Part shown: piece after piece, positions 21,152-31,326 of the stretch
How the letters are laid out: each line of letters begins with the position of its first letter
Numbering within the stretch: the stretch's first letter is position 1
NCBI GenBank assembly: GCA_963779755.1
Contig: CAVZZO010000001.1
Span: 1,888,001 to 1,952,000 of the forward strand
From: an uncultured Gemmatimonadales bacterium
GTDB lineage: Bacteria; Gemmatimonadota; Gemmatimonadetes; Gemmatimonadales; GWC2-71-9
Direction of reading: 5' to 3'
DNA length: 64,000 bases
Translations under genes and position numbers: made by a program
The notes under the pieces: generated by a model
What the model was told of the DNA's origin: nothing
The model's database searches: none
Seen by the model: only the letters and a program-made list of their open reading frames with translations

Positions 21152-23629
21152 ATGAATCTCGAGAAACTCAAGGACGCGGCACGTAAATACGAGCAAAAGG
21201 AGGACTGGCGCCGGGCCATCGACGTCTATCTGAAGGCCATCCAGGAGTTCGAGTCGGGTCACGATCCCAATCCCGACCTCTCGATCTACAACCGGCTGGG
21301 CGACCTGTACATGAAGGCGAACGACCCGGCCGACGCCGTCCAGGCTTACGAGCGGGCCGCCGATCTGTACGCCGAGCAGGGGTTTCTGAACAATGCGGTG
21401 GCGCTCTGCGGCAAGATCCTGCGGGTGAACCCGGGCCGGATCCAGGCGTACCTCAAGCTGGCCTATCTGCACGCGCGCAAGAACGTGGTCATCGAGGCCA
21501 AGAAGAACCTGCTCGAGTACCTCGAGCGGATGAACGCCGCCAGGCAGCTGGATGAAGCCTTCAAGGCGATGAAATCCTTCGCCGACCAGTTCCCCGGCAA
21601 CCAGGAAATCCGTCTGATGCTGAGCGAGCTGCTCCGCGCCTCCTCCCGCGACGACGAAGCGCGCGAGGAGTTGGAGAAGCTCAACGTGGATATGGATTTC
21701 GAATCCCGGGGCGACACCCAGGGGGCCCGCAAGCCCCGGGAACGGCTCTCCCGGCTGGATTCCGACCTTCCCGGCCGCAAGAACGACCTGGTGTTCCTGG
21801 ATATCGGGATCGAAGTCTCCGAACCGGCGGCCCGCCCCGCGGCGCCGCCGCACCGGCGCGCGACCGTCCGCACCCCGCGGCCCACGGTACGCATGTCGCC
21901 GGCCTCGGAGGAACCCCTGGTGGCCGATGAGCCGGACACGGCCGCCCCCGCCGGGGAGCCGCTCGACCTGGAGCCCACCAGTCTGGCCGCCGAAGCAGCG
22001 GCCGTCGAACCGGCGCCGGAATCGCAGATGCCTGACGACCTGCTCCGCGCCGATTCCGGCCTGGGCGAGGAGACGGAGGCCGTGGGCGGGAATCTCGATC
22101 TCGAGACGACGGCCATGGAGGAGGACCTCGAGGCCGGCCCGGTTGAGCGCCTCGAGGGGCTGGACATCGAAAGGCCGCCCGACAATGTCCCCGGCGTCGA
22201 AGGGCTGGAGTCCACGGCGGAGGAGGGGCTGGAGGGCATCAGTCTCGACGAGGCCTTCGAGTCGCTGGAGGTGGAGCACACCTCGCTGATTGAAGAGCCT
22301 GCCCCGGGCGAGGCCGAGGCTTCGGCCGCCGACGATCTCGAAATCCTGATTGAAGCCGAGCTGAGCGACGGCGGCGACGCCGCCGACGACCCCGGGCTGG
22401 CCCCCTTCGGGACCGGTCTGGAGGAGATGGTGGTGGAAGTCTCGCCCGAGGCCGAGATCGGGCCCGCCGACGAGGGCCTGGACGACTGGGTCCTCATGGA
22501 CCAGTCGGACGCGGACCTGCCGACCGAGTCGGACGACGACTCCGAGGTGAGCGAGGCGGTAGCCTTCGTCGACCCCAACACCCCGCCGCAGATCGAAGCG
22601 CTGGAAGAGCAGGTGCTGGACGACCCGGAGAATCCGGAGCCGCATCGCCGGCTGGGCGAGGCGCTGCTCAGCGTGGGGCAGGTCGAGCGGGGCGCCGACG
22701 AGCTCGATCTGGCCCTCATGGCGTACGAGAATCTGGAAGACTGGGAACATGCGCTGGATGTGGTACACGAGCTCATCCGGCTCGATCCCGGCAGCGTGCG
22801 CTATTTCCAGAAGCGGGTGGAGATCGCCTATCGGATGGGTGAGAAGGGCCGGCTGATCGACGCCTACCTGGAGCTGGGTGATGCGTTGATGCGCTCCGGT
22901 TCCATGGAGAAAGCCCTGGCGGTGTACCACCGGGTAGCGGAGCACGATCCCCACAACACACGGGCCAATGCGGCCATCCAGGCCCTGGAATCGCCCGAGG
23001 AGCGGGGGTTGGTGCCGCCGGCCATCCCGGGCCAGGAGCCGAGCCAGGAGGAAGGCCCCCGTGCCCCGCAGCCGCCGCCGGAGGCGGTGGAGGAGAGCGG
23101 ATACGTGGATCTCGCCGGGCTCATCGCCGAGGTCGAGCCCGTCCGCGATACCCGCATGCGGATCGAAGACGAAGAGCCCACCGGCGATGAGGAAAAAGAC
23201 TTCGCCGAGATGCTGCGCCAGTTCAAGCGGGGGATCGAGGAGAACATCGAAGCCGAAGATTTCCAGTCGCACTACGATCTGGGCGTTGCCTTCAAGGAAA
23301 TGGGGTTGCTGGACGAAGCCATCGCCGAGTTCCAGAAGGCGCTGCGGGCCCCCGAAGGCCGGCTGCGGACCTCCGAAGCCCTGGGGATATGTTTCTTCGA
23401 GAAGGAGCAGTTCACCATCGCCGAAGCCATCCTCCGCCGGGCCACCGAGGGGCAGCCCGGGTCGGACGACGAAAAAGTCGCGCTGCTCTACTGGCTGGGC
23501 CGCTCGCTCGAAGCGCAGAACCGTGCCGACGAGGCGGTGGCGGTGTACCGGCGGGTGATGGCCGTGGACATCCGCTTCGCCGATACCGGAACCCGGGTGC
23601 GCCAGATCGGCGCGGGACGGCCCGCATGA
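21152..23629 (+). CDS. Multi-TPR protein with long acidic linker (SgmX/FimV-like polar-landmark architecture)
   Basis: N-terminal TPRs, ~250-aa Asp/Glu/Pro-rich region, central TPRs, C-terminal HYDLGVAFKEMGLLDEAIAEFQKA TPR block. Confidence 0.8.
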   Translation: MNLEKLKDAARKYEQKEDWRRAIDVYLKAIQEFESGHDPNPDLSIYNRLGDLYMKANDPADAVQAYERAADLYAEQGFLNNAVALCGKILRVNPGRIQAYLKLAYLHARKNVVIEAKKNLLEYLERMNAARQLDEAFKAMKSFADQFPGNQEIRLMLSELLRASSRDDEAREELEKLNVDMDFESRGDTQGARKPRERLSRLDSDLPGRKNDLVFLDIGIEVSEPAARPAAPPHRRATVRTPRPTVRMSPASEEPLVADEPDTAAPAGEPLDLEPTSLAAEAAAVEPAPESQMPDDLLRADSGLGEETEAVGGNLDLETTAMEEDLEAGPVERLEGLDIERPPDNVPGVEGLESTAEEGLEGISLDEAFESLEVEHTSLIEEPAPGEAEASAADDLEILIEAELSDGGDAADDPGLAPFGTGLEEMVVEVSPEAEIGPADEGLDDWVLMDQSDADLPTESDDDSEVSEAVAFVDPNTPPQIEALEEQVLDDPENPEPHRRLGEALLSVGQVERGADELDLALMAYENLEDWEHALDVVHELIRLDPGSVRYFQKRVEIAYRMGEKGRLIDAYLELGDALMRSGSMEKALAVYHRVAEHDPHNTRANAAIQALESPEERGLVPPAIPGQEPSQEEGPRAPQPPPEAVEESGYVDLAGLIAEVEPVRDTRMRIEDEEPTGDEEKDFAEMLRQFKRGIEENIEAEDFQSHYDLGVAFKEMGLLDEAIAEFQKALRAPEGRLRTSEALGICFFEKEQFTIAEAILRRATEGQPGSDDEKVALLYWLGRSLEAQNRADEAVAVYRRVMAVDIRFADTGTRVRQIGAGRPA

Positions 23630-24615
23630 GCTCCCCGACGCTTCCCGTCGAGCTCCAGGATCTGCAGGCTCCCGTGGCGCAGCAGCTCGAAGGGGTCATC
23701 GAGGAGCTGCAGCGGATCGTCTGGTCCGACTTCCCGCTGATCACCGAAGTCAACCACCATCTGCTCCAGATGCGGGGGAAGATGTTCCGGCCCACCCTGC
23801 TGCTGCTGGCCAACCAGGCCACCGGCGGCCAGGACGGCCGGGGCGCCACCATGGCGGCGGTGGTGGAGCTGATCCACCTCGCCACGCTGGTGCACGACGA
23901 CTCGGTCGATCACTCGGTCACCCGGCGCGGGATGCCGACCGTCAACGCACTCTTCAGCCACCAGATCTCCGTCATCATGGGCGACTATCTGTACTCGCGC
24001 GCGGTGATCGAGCTGGTGCGGCTGGACGACCTGGAGCCCCTGCGGGTACTGGCCCGGGTCACCAACGAGATGACCGTTGGCGAAATGCGCCAGCTGCTTT
24101 CGCACGAGCCGCTGACTTTCACCGAAGCCGATTACGACCTGCTGATCCGCTCCAAGACGGCGTCGCTCCTGTCGGGCGCGTGCGAGGTCGGCGCGCTGCG
24201 GGCCGATCCCGACGCGCGGGCGGCCCTCCGGCGCTTCGGCGCCAATCTGGGAATGGCGTTCCAGATTGTGGACGATCTGCTGGACTACACCGAACCCGAG
24301 GCGGTGACCGGCAAGCCCAGCGGCTCCGACCTGCGGGAACACAAGGTCACGCTCCCGCTGATCCGGGCTCTGCCCCGGCTCACCGCCGCCGAACGGGCCG
24401 AAGTGGACCTGCTGATGCAGACCGGCGAGCCCAGCGACAGCCAGATTGCCCGGGTGGTGGAGGCGGTTGGCCGGGCCGGTGGCCTGGAATATGCCCGCAC
24501 CCGTGCCCAGCGGTTCGCCGAACTGGCCGAGGCCGAGCTGGAGACCATTCCGGGCGGGCAGGCTACCGAGGCGCTCCGGGCCAGTATCACCTACGTGCTG
24601 GAACGGCGGCGCTGA
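23626..24615 (+). CDS. Long-chain polyprenyl diphosphate synthase (IspB/HepT-like)
   Basis: GKMFRP, ELIHLATLVHDDSVD, RRG, KTA, FQIVDDLLD, GKPSGSDLRE. Confidence 0.93.
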   Translation: MSSPTLPVELQDLQAPVAQQLEGVIEELQRIVWSDFPLITEVNHHLLQMRGKMFRPTLLLLANQATGGQDGRGATMAAVVELIHLATLVHDDSVDHSVTRRGMPTVNALFSHQISVIMGDYLYSRAVIELVRLDDLEPLRVLARVTNEMTVGEMRQLLSHEPLTFTEADYDLLIRSKTASLLSGACEVGALRADPDARAALRRFGANLGMAFQIVDDLLDYTEPEAVTGKPSGSDLREHKVTLPLIRALPRLTAAERAEVDLLMQTGEPSDSQIARVVEAVGRAGGLEYARTRAQRFAELAEAELETIPGGQATEALRASITYVLERRR

Positions 24616-24887
24616 TGGCGACCGGTCCCCGGCGGCCCGGCTTCTACCTGGGCGTACTGACGGCGGGCTTCCTCGCCGGGGGGTTCCTGACCGCCCTCCT
24701 GCAGGAGTTCCTGCCGGACAGCGTGGCGAAACAGGTGTTCACCTATACGGTGACCCCGTCCATCGGGCCCTTTTCGGCGGACCTGCTGGTGGTCAATTTG
24801 ACTCTGGGGCCCCTGGGGCTGCATGTTTCAATACTGAGTCTGCTTGGCGTCGTGCTGGCCTATCTGGTCGCGCGTTCGCTCTTCTGA
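24615..24887 (+). CDS. Small membrane protein (DUF4321-like)
   Basis: 90 aa with two hydrophobic ends and central PFSADLLVVNLTLG; TGATG coupling. Confidence 0.7.
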   Translation: MATGPRRPGFYLGVLTAGFLAGGFLTALLQEFLPDSVAKQVFTYTVTPSIGPFSADLLVVNLTLGPLGLHVSILSLLGVVLAYLVARSLF

Positions 24888-24899
24888 GGAGTCATAATC

Positions 24900-25154
24900 A
24901 TGTTCGGGAATCTGGGGTTCGGCGAAATCATGATGATCCTGGTGGTGCTGCTGCTCGTATTCGGGGCGCGGCGACTGCCGGAAATCGGGTCGTCGTTCGG
25001 GAAAGGCATCCGGGAGTTCAAGCGCAGCCTGACCGATACGCAGGATGCCATCGCCGGCCGTCCGAAGCAGGAGGATGGGGCCAGTCAGAACCGGCAGCTG
25101 GACGGGCCGCCGGCCCCGCCTTCCGGGGGAGAGCCCAAGCGGCTGTCCCAGTGA
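24900..25154 (+). CDS. tatA: Twin-arginine translocase TatA/E subunit
   Basis: GFGEIMMILVVLLLVFGARRLPEIGSSFGKGIREFK; GAGGAG SD. Confidence 0.95.
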   Translation: MFGNLGFGEIMMILVVLLLVFGARRLPEIGSSFGKGIREFKRSLTDTQDAIAGRPKQEDGASQNRQLDGPPAPPSGGEPKRLSQ

Positions 25155-25225
25155 TCCGTCGATGATCCGGAGGCCGCTGGAACACGCCGGAGATGCCGGG
25201 TAATCGGTGTCTGCCGTGACAGGAC

Positions 25226-25263
25226 AAAAAAGGGGGGCGGCCCATCGGGCCGCCCCCCCTTTT
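25226..25263. terminator. Bidirectional rho-independent terminator
   Basis: aaaaaa-ggggggcggccc-atc-gggccgccccccc-tttt between convergent tatA and ppiD. Confidence 0.85.
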
Positions 25264-25282
25264 GGTCCGGGCCGCCGTGCGG

Positions 25283-27121
25283 TCAGCGGCTCTGGGTCTG
25301 CGCGTTCTGGGCTTCGATCTGAGCGTTGGTCTTGGCCAGCTGTGCCCGGTTGTCGATCACCTCGGCTTCATCCTTCAGGTTGGCCACGTAGCTCTGGATC
25401 CGGTTCTGCTGTGCCTGCCGGATGGCCTGCACCCGCAGATCGTCCATCTGCTTGACGAAGGCGGCGGAATCGGCCGACGTATGCTGGAGTACCTGGAGGA
25501 AGTAGATCCCGTCCTTGGTGTCCAGCATGGGGCTGACCTGGCCCTCTTTCACCCCGAAGGCCGCCCCCACCAACTGGGGGCTGGGCAGCGGCGGACTCAC
25601 CCGGGGGAAGGGCCCCAGTTCCTGGTGCGGCAGCTTGAGGGCTTCCGCCACCTGCCGGAGCGAACTGCCCTCCTTGAGCCGCTTCTCCACCTGCTGCCCC
25701 AACTCGCGGGCCTTGGCCCACTTCTTTTCGTCCTGGACAGCCAGGGCGACGGCGGAGCGGATCTCGTTCAGAGGAGGGACGCCCGCCGCCTGAGTGCTGT
25801 CCAGCCGGAAGAGGAAGAAGGCGTCGGGAGACTCGATGACCGGGCTGACCTCACCCTGCTGCGCCTGGAAGGCCCAGACGCCCGCATCGGACACCGCGTA
25901 GCGGCCCACCTGGACGCGGCTGCCCTGTTGTACCGGGGCGGTCTTGCCGATGCGCAGGTTGAGCACGCGGGCGACCGTATCCAGGGCGGCGGGATCCAGC
26001 CGCTCGGCGGCCAGGGCATCCAGCGTATCGGCTTCGCTGTCGAGCTTGTCGCGGTGGTCGCCGGTGACCTCGATGGGGATGAGAATATGGCGGCCGGTGG
26101 CCTTGTCGCCCTTCCGGCTGGTGACCTCGATCAGGTGGTAGCCGAACTGGGTCAGGACCGGCTGGCTGACGGTATTGAGCGGCATCGAGAAGGCGGCGGA
26201 ATCGAAGGCCGGCGCGAACTGGCCCCGGGTCCACTCGCCCAGATCGCCGCCCTTCTTGGCGGAGACCGAATCGGCGCTTTCCTGCTTGGCCACCTCGGCG
26301 AACGGCGTCCCGTCCTCGATTTCCTTGCGGAGATCGCGGGCCCGCTGCAGGGCCGCGGCGGTATCCGAGGCGTTGGGCTGCCGCGCCAGCGCGAGGTAGC
26401 TCAGGAAGGCGGTCCGGGGGCGCTCGAATTCCTTCTGGTGCTGGTTGTAGTACCGGGAAATCTCGGCATCGGTGACCGTCACCGCCGAATCGGGGATGAC
26501 GGTCCGCGGCACGATGGCCGTGAGCAGGATCTTCACCTGCTCGTGCTGGTCCCGGTACTTCTGCCACAGCGCGGGATCGGACAGGAAGACGTCGGCCGTG
26601 ACCAGGCGCCACAGTTTGGCCTTCTTGATTTCGTCCCGGTACTGGGCCTCGAGGTAGGGGATCACCTGCTGGCCGCTGCTGGACTGGAGCCAGAGCTGGT
26701 ACTTGTTCGGGTCGAACTTGCCGTTCGTCTGGAAGTTGGGATCCTGCAGGATCTGCGGCAGCGGATTGTTCCGGATGGCGTCTGCGACCTCCTCCGGCGT
26801 CACCGTGATGTCATGCTGCTTGACCGCCTGGGTCAGCACCCGGTCCTGGATCAGCTGGTTCCAGATCTGATCCCGGATCTGCTGAATGTCCTCCAGGCTG
26901 AGCGGCGTGCTGCGCTGCTGCTGGCTCTGCTGAATGGCCTCCTGTACCGCCTGTTCGTAGCGCCGGGAGTCGATCGACTGGCCGTTGATCTTTCCCACGC
27001 TGGAACTGGAAAAGAGCCCCCCACTGGAGAGGCCGCTGAGTTCGCCCAGCAGCCAGAACACCAGCAGGGCGCCGAAGACGATGACGATGATTTTGCTGCT
27101 GCTGCGAAACGCTTGCATCAT
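25283..27121 (-). CDS. ppiD: PpiD/SurA-like periplasmic chaperone and parvulin PPIase
   Basis: N-terminal TM anchor, SurA-N-like helices, FAEVAKQESAD..SAKKGGDLG, SQPVLTQFGYHLI. Confidence 0.85.
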   Translation of the reverse strand: MMQAFRSSSKIIVIVFGALLVFWLLGELSGLSSGGLFSSSSVGKINGQSIDSRRYEQAVQEAIQQSQQQRSTPLSLEDIQQIRDQIWNQLIQDRVLTQAVKQHDITVTPEEVADAIRNNPLPQILQDPNFQTNGKFDPNKYQLWLQSSSGQQVIPYLEAQYRDEIKKAKLWRLVTADVFLSDPALWQKYRDQHEQVKILLTAIVPRTVIPDSAVTVTDAEISRYYNQHQKEFERPRTAFLSYLALARQPNASDTAAALQRARDLRKEIEDGTPFAEVAKQESADSVSAKKGGDLGEWTRGQFAPAFDSAAFSMPLNTVSQPVLTQFGYHLIEVTSRKGDKATGRHILIPIEVTGDHRDKLDSEADTLDALAAERLDPAALDTVARVLNLRIGKTAPVQQGSRVQVGRYAVSDAGVWAFQAQQGEVSPVIESPDAFFLFRLDSTQAAGVPPLNEIRSAVALAVQDEKKWAKARELGQQVEKRLKEGSSLRQVAEALKLPHQELGPFPRVSPPLPSPQLVGAAFGVKEGQVSPMLDTKDGIYFLQVLQHTSADSAAFVKQMDDLRVQAIRQAQQNRIQSYVANLKDEAEVIDNRAQLAKTNAQIEAQNAQTQSR

Positions 27122-27166
27122 AGGGAAAAATCCCCGCGGAGATTGCTGATCTGGGAAAGAAGGGGA

Positions 27167-27195
27167 ATCTTAAGCCGCCGGGGGGGGATTCTCAA
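27167..27195 (-). promoter_or_regulatory. Putative sigma70 promoter for ppiD
   Basis: Minus strand TTGAGA-17 nt-TAAGAT. Confidence 0.65.
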
Positions 27196-27227
27196 GCGGA
27201 ATCGGGCTATCATCCGCCGCGGGCCGG

Positions 27228-27256
27228 TTGACAGTCGCCCCCGCGATCGCTACTGT
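27228..27256 (+). promoter_or_regulatory. Putative sigma70 promoter for the TPR-aroQ-acc operon
   Basis: TTGACA-17 nt-TACTGT. Confidence 0.7.
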
Positions 27257-27296
27257 TTGTCTAACTCTGACAACAACTTAGCCCACAGGGCCTGGG

Positions 27297-29279
27297 ATGG
27301 CGCATACCAGCGAAATCGAGAAGCTCGAACAGCGTTGGCGCGACAATCCCCAGAGCCGCCACTTCGCTCCCCTGGCCGATGCCTACCGCAAAACGGGGCA
27401 GTTCGATCGTGCCATCGAGGTGCTGAGCGTCGGCCTGGAGCAGCACCCCGCCTACGCCTCCGCCCACATCGTACTGGGCCGGACCCGCATGGATATGGGG
27501 CAGCCGGCGGAGGCGGAAGCCGCCTTCCGCCGGGTGCTGGAGCTCGACGGCGAGAACGTCATCGCCATCCGCGCCCTCGCCGAGATCAGCGAGGCCGACA
27601 ATCGCCTGGAAGAGGCGGAGCACTGGCTTAACTACCTCCTGTCCATCGACGCCGGCAACGAGGATGCCCGGGAGCAGCTGGGCAACGTGACGGTGCGGCG
27701 TTCCCGGCAGGCCGCCGTTCCCGAGGTGCCGCCCGAGGACGAGCCCGCGGCCGAAGCCGAAGCACCGGTGGCGGAGGACGAGGCGCCGGTAGAGGGCGGG
27801 GAACCGTCCGTGGAGGACGAGGGCGTGGCGGAGCCGGTCGCCCTGGAGGAGGTGCAGGAAGCCGAGACCATGCAGTTCGTCGCCTCCTCCGGCGAGGAAG
27901 CCGGAGAGATCGAGCCCGAGGAAGCACTCCCCATCGAGAGCGCCGCCGACCAGCTGGTGCCCGAACCCATCGATCTGCAGGAGGAGCCGGAGGAGCCGGC
28001 CATCGACCACTGGGCCGATAGCCCCGAATCGCCCGAAGCGCCGGCCCCGCCGTTCGAGCTCGGCGTGGAGCGCCAGGAGGATATCGTCCTGCGCCCCTTG
28101 GGCTCGTCGGAATTCCAGGCGCCCGATGCGTCGCAGGACCTCGCGCCCACCGCCGGGCCGGACGCCACCGGCGAAACCCCGGAGGCGGGGGAAGCGCCGG
28201 CGCCGCCGGCGCCGCCGGCGCTGCCGGCCTGGGCCTCGGAGGAACGGTGGGGCGAAGATCAGTGGGCCAGCCTGAGAGAACCTCCCGGCCCGGCGGCCTC
28301 GGAGCCTCCCGGCAGCATGGAGCCGGCCGATGCCTTTGCCGGCGAGCCCTGGGAGGATGGCAGCCCTGAGGCCGGCATGTGGACCAGCCTCTCGGAGCCG
28401 GGGGCGGTAGTGGGTACGGACGCCGAAGCGGTGGAAGAGATGGCCGCGCCCGAATCCGGGCCTGACCTCGCCGCGGCGGCCGGGCCGAGGGCGTCCAGGG
28501 CCGAACCCACGTCGCCGGAGACCCCGCCCGAGCGCACCATGCTCTCGGAATCCGCGGCGCTCCAGAAGATCGAGGAGGCCCCCCTCGCGCCGCCACCGCC
28601 GCGGCCCGAGCCGGAGAGCGGCGGGCGGCGCCACCTGGAAGACGAACGGGCCGCCGCCGGCGCCCCCCTGACCGAGCCGGAACTGGTCGTGACCCAGAGC
28701 ATGGGCGATGTCTACGCGGCGCAGGGCCACCGGCGGGAAGCGCTCCAGGTCTACCGCCGGCTGCTGGAACGCACCCCGGGCGATGCGGCGCTCAGGCGGA
28801 AGATCGACGCCCTCTCCGAACCGGCGGTTCCCCCGCCGGCTCCGGTGGCCCATGCCGCCCGCGAAACCGGCGGCCAGTCGGTACGCGACTATTTCCACGC
28901 TCTGCTCACCCAGGCATCCAGCGGGGGCGCGGAGCCCGCGGAATCGGCGGCGCCCGAAGGGCCGGGCTCCAGCACTCCCGACGAAGCGTTTGCCGGCGAA
29001 CAGGGGATGAGCGGCGCGCCCACCCGGCCGGCGGCGGAACCGATCTCGCTGAGCGATATCTTCGGCGAGGACTCCTCACCCGTGCCGCCGGTCATGCCGT
29101 CGGGCGAGGAGGAAGAAGAAGAAGGAACCCGCTCCGGCCTGTCGTTCGACGAATTCTTCGGCGACACGCCGCCGCCCCGTCCCGAGGGCCGGCCCCGGCC
29201 GCGCGCGGCGCGCCTCTCCCAGGCGGAACAGGACGACCTCGAGCAGTTCCATAACTGGCTCAAGGGACTGAAGCGCTGA
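27297..29279 (+). CDS. TPR protein with long acidic/Pro-rich disordered linker
   Basis: FAPLADAYRKTG, HPAYASAHIVLGR TPRs; LVVTQSMGDVYAAQGH TPR; C-terminal DLEQFHNWLKGLK. Confidence 0.8.
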   Translation: MAHTSEIEKLEQRWRDNPQSRHFAPLADAYRKTGQFDRAIEVLSVGLEQHPAYASAHIVLGRTRMDMGQPAEAEAAFRRVLELDGENVIAIRALAEISEADNRLEEAEHWLNYLLSIDAGNEDAREQLGNVTVRRSRQAAVPEVPPEDEPAAEAEAPVAEDEAPVEGGEPSVEDEGVAEPVALEEVQEAETMQFVASSGEEAGEIEPEEALPIESAADQLVPEPIDLQEEPEEPAIDHWADSPESPEAPAPPFELGVERQEDIVLRPLGSSEFQAPDASQDLAPTAGPDATGETPEAGEAPAPPAPPALPAWASEERWGEDQWASLREPPGPAASEPPGSMEPADAFAGEPWEDGSPEAGMWTSLSEPGAVVGTDAEAVEEMAAPESGPDLAAAAGPRASRAEPTSPETPPERTMLSESAALQKIEEAPLAPPPPRPEPESGGRRHLEDERAAAGAPLTEPELVVTQSMGDVYAAQGHRREALQVYRRLLERTPGDAALRRKIDALSEPAVPPPAPVAHAARETGGQSVRDYFHALLTQASSGGAEPAESAAPEGPGSSTPDEAFAGEQGMSGAPTRPAAEPISLSDIFGEDSSPVPPVMPSGEEEEEEGTRSGLSFDEFFGDTPPPRPEGRPRPRAARLSQAEQDDLEQFHNWLKGLKR

Positions 29280-29717
29280 ATGCGCATAGCGGTGCTGAAC
29301 GGTCCCAATCTGAATCTGCTGGGCAGCCGCGAGCCGGAGGTGTACGGCACCGCCACCCTGGACGACATCGAACGGCTGCTGCGGGCGGAGGCTGGGCGGC
29401 TCGATGTGGCGCTCGACTGGGAGCAAAGCAATCATGAGGGCGCGCTGGTGGAGCGGGTCCAGGCGCTGGCCGGCCAGGCCGACGGCCTGCTGCTCAATGC
29501 GGCGGCGCTGACCCATACCAGTCTGGCCCTGCGGGACGCCCTGCTGGCGGTCCGGATTCCCTTCGTCGAAGTGCACCTCTCCAACATCTTTGCCCGTGAG
29601 CCGGAACGCCGCCGGAGTCTGCTCGCCGATCTGGCGGTGGGGATCGTGGCCGGGTTCGGGCCCCGGAGCTATCTCCTGGGGCTGCAGGGGCTGGTGATGC
29701 ATCTCCGTGCCGGCTGA
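29280..29717 (+). CDS. aroQ: Type II 3-dehydroquinate dehydratase
   Basis: [39 protein letters not shown]. Confidence 0.96.
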   Translation: MRIAVLNGPNLNLLGSREPEVYGTATLDDIERLLRAEAGRLDVALDWEQSNHEGALVERVQALAGQADGLLLNAAALTHTSLALRDALLAVRIPFVEVHLSNIFAREPERRRSLLADLAVGIVAGFGPRSYLLGLQGLVMHLRAG

Positions 29718-30801
29718 CCGGCGCGCGGAACGGCAGCAGGCCCTGCGGACGCTCCTCGAAGCGGAGGGGCTGGACGCGCTCCTGGTGCAGTCGCTGCCCA
29801 ACATCCGGGCGCTGACCGGCTTCACCGGATCGGCCGGGCTGCTGCTGGTGCGGTCCAGCGGGCTGGTGCTGGTCACCGATTTCCGCTATGCCGCCCAGGC
29901 GCCGCGAGAGGTGGGGCCGGCCGCGCAGATCGAGACCGATCGGGTAAGCCCGTGGCACCTGCTGCTGCGGCTGCTGGCCGATGCGCCGCCCGAGTGCCTC
30001 GGCTATGAAGCGCCGGTGCTCTCGGCGGCCGACCTGGGCCGCCTGGAAGGGGCGCGGCTCCCGCTGCGGCCGACCACCGACCTGGTGGAGCGGCTGCGCG
30101 CGGCCAAATTTCCGGAGGAGGTCGCCGCCATCCGGGCCGCGGCGGCGCTGGCGCAGGAGGCGCTGGCGGAGTTTGTGGCCACGGTGCGCGTGGGCCAGAC
30201 GGAGTTCGCGCTCGCGGCCAGCCTGGAGGCTGCCCTGCGGCGCCGGGGCAGCGAATGGCATCCGTTTCCCACCATCGTTGCCGGCGGGCCGCGCTCGGCG
30301 CTGCCGCATGCCGGGACCAGCGCCCGGCCGGTGGGCCGGGGCGAGTTGCTGCTGGTGGACTTCGGTGCCCGGGTGGACGGTTACTGTTCCGATCTCACCC
30401 GGACGTTCGTGGTGGGGGCACGGGCCGATGAGCGGCAGCGGGCGGTGTATGCTATTGTCGAGGCGGCCCAGCGTCGGGCCCGCGCGGGCGTGCGGGCGGG
30501 CCAGACCGGCCGGGAGGCCGATGCCCTGGCCCGCGACGTCATTGCGGAGCACGGATTCGGCGATGCTTTCGGCCACTCCCTGGGCCACGGTATCGGGCTG
30601 GAAGTGCATGAGGCGCCACGGCTTTCGCCGCTGGCCGAGGAGCCCCTGCCGGCCCACGCGGTGGTCACGGTGGAGCCGGGTCTGTATTTTCCGGGCTGGG
30701 GCGGGGTGCGGCTCGAAGACGACCTCTACCTGCACCCGGACGGAACCCAACTCCTTTCGGACGGGCGGACCGGTCTGGTAGAATTGGATGTTCCCGACTG
30801 A
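29707..30801 (+). CDS. Xaa-Pro aminopeptidase/dipeptidase (M24B)
   Basis: LTGFTGS, TDFRY, SALPHA, DFG...[34 protein letters not shown]. Confidence 0.93.
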   Translation: MPADRRAERQQALRTLLEAEGLDALLVQSLPNIRALTGFTGSAGLLLVRSSGLVLVTDFRYAAQAPREVGPAAQIETDRVSPWHLLLRLLADAPPECLGYEAPVLSAADLGRLEGARLPLRPTTDLVERLRAAKFPEEVAAIRAAAALAQEALAEFVATVRVGQTEFALAASLEAALRRRGSEWHPFPTIVAGGPRSALPHAGTSARPVGRGELLLVDFGARVDGYCSDLTRTFVVGARADERQRAVYAIVEAAQRRARAGVRAGQTGREADALARDVIAEHGFGDAFGHSLGHGIGLEVHEAPRLSPLAEEPLPAHAVVTVEPGLYFPGWGGVRLEDDLYLHPDGTQLLSDGRTGLVELDVPD

Positions 30802-30843
30802 CACCCGAGCCGGACTCGACCATTCCCACTGATCCCGGTGGCC

Positions 30844-31326
30844 ATGAATATCTCTGAGATCGAACGCCTGGCGCGGCTGCTCCAGTCCATGCCCGAGATC
30901 GGGTCCATCGAGGTGCGGGGCTGGTTCGGCCGTGGCGTCGTGGTCACCCGTAACGGGGCCGGCGGCGGCATGGTGCATTACGCCCCGGCGCCGGCGCACG
31001 GCGGCTTTCCCGCCGCGCCGCCCCCGGCGCCGGCCCCGGAGGCACGCGAGGCGCCGGCCGCCCCGGAGCCCCCGCCCAGCACCCTGCGGGAAATCAAGTC
31101 GCCCATGGTAGGCACGTTCTACAAGGCGCCGGAGCCGGGCGCCGAGCCGTATGTCAAATCGGGTAGCCGGGTGGCGGTGGGGCAGACCGTCTGCATCATC
31201 GAGGCGATGAAAATCATGAACGAGATCGAAGCGGAAGTGGGCGGGCTGGTCCGCGAGATCTGCGTGGAAGACGGCCAGCCGGTGGAGTTCGGCACCGTTC
31301 TCTACCGGGTGGATCCCAATGGCTGA
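30844..31326 (+). CDS. accB: Biotin carboxyl carrier protein
   Basis: KSPMVGTFY, EAMKIMNEI biotinylation motif, Pro/Ala linker; alternative GTG start at 30838. Confidence 0.95.
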   Translation: MNISEIERLARLLQSMPEIGSIEVRGWFGRGVVVTRNGAGGGMVHYAPAPAHGGFPAAPPPAPAPEAREAPAAPEPPPSTLREIKSPMVGTFYKAPEPGAEPYVKSGSRVAVGQTVCIIEAMKIMNEIEAEVGGLVREICVEDGQPVEFGTVLYRVDPNG

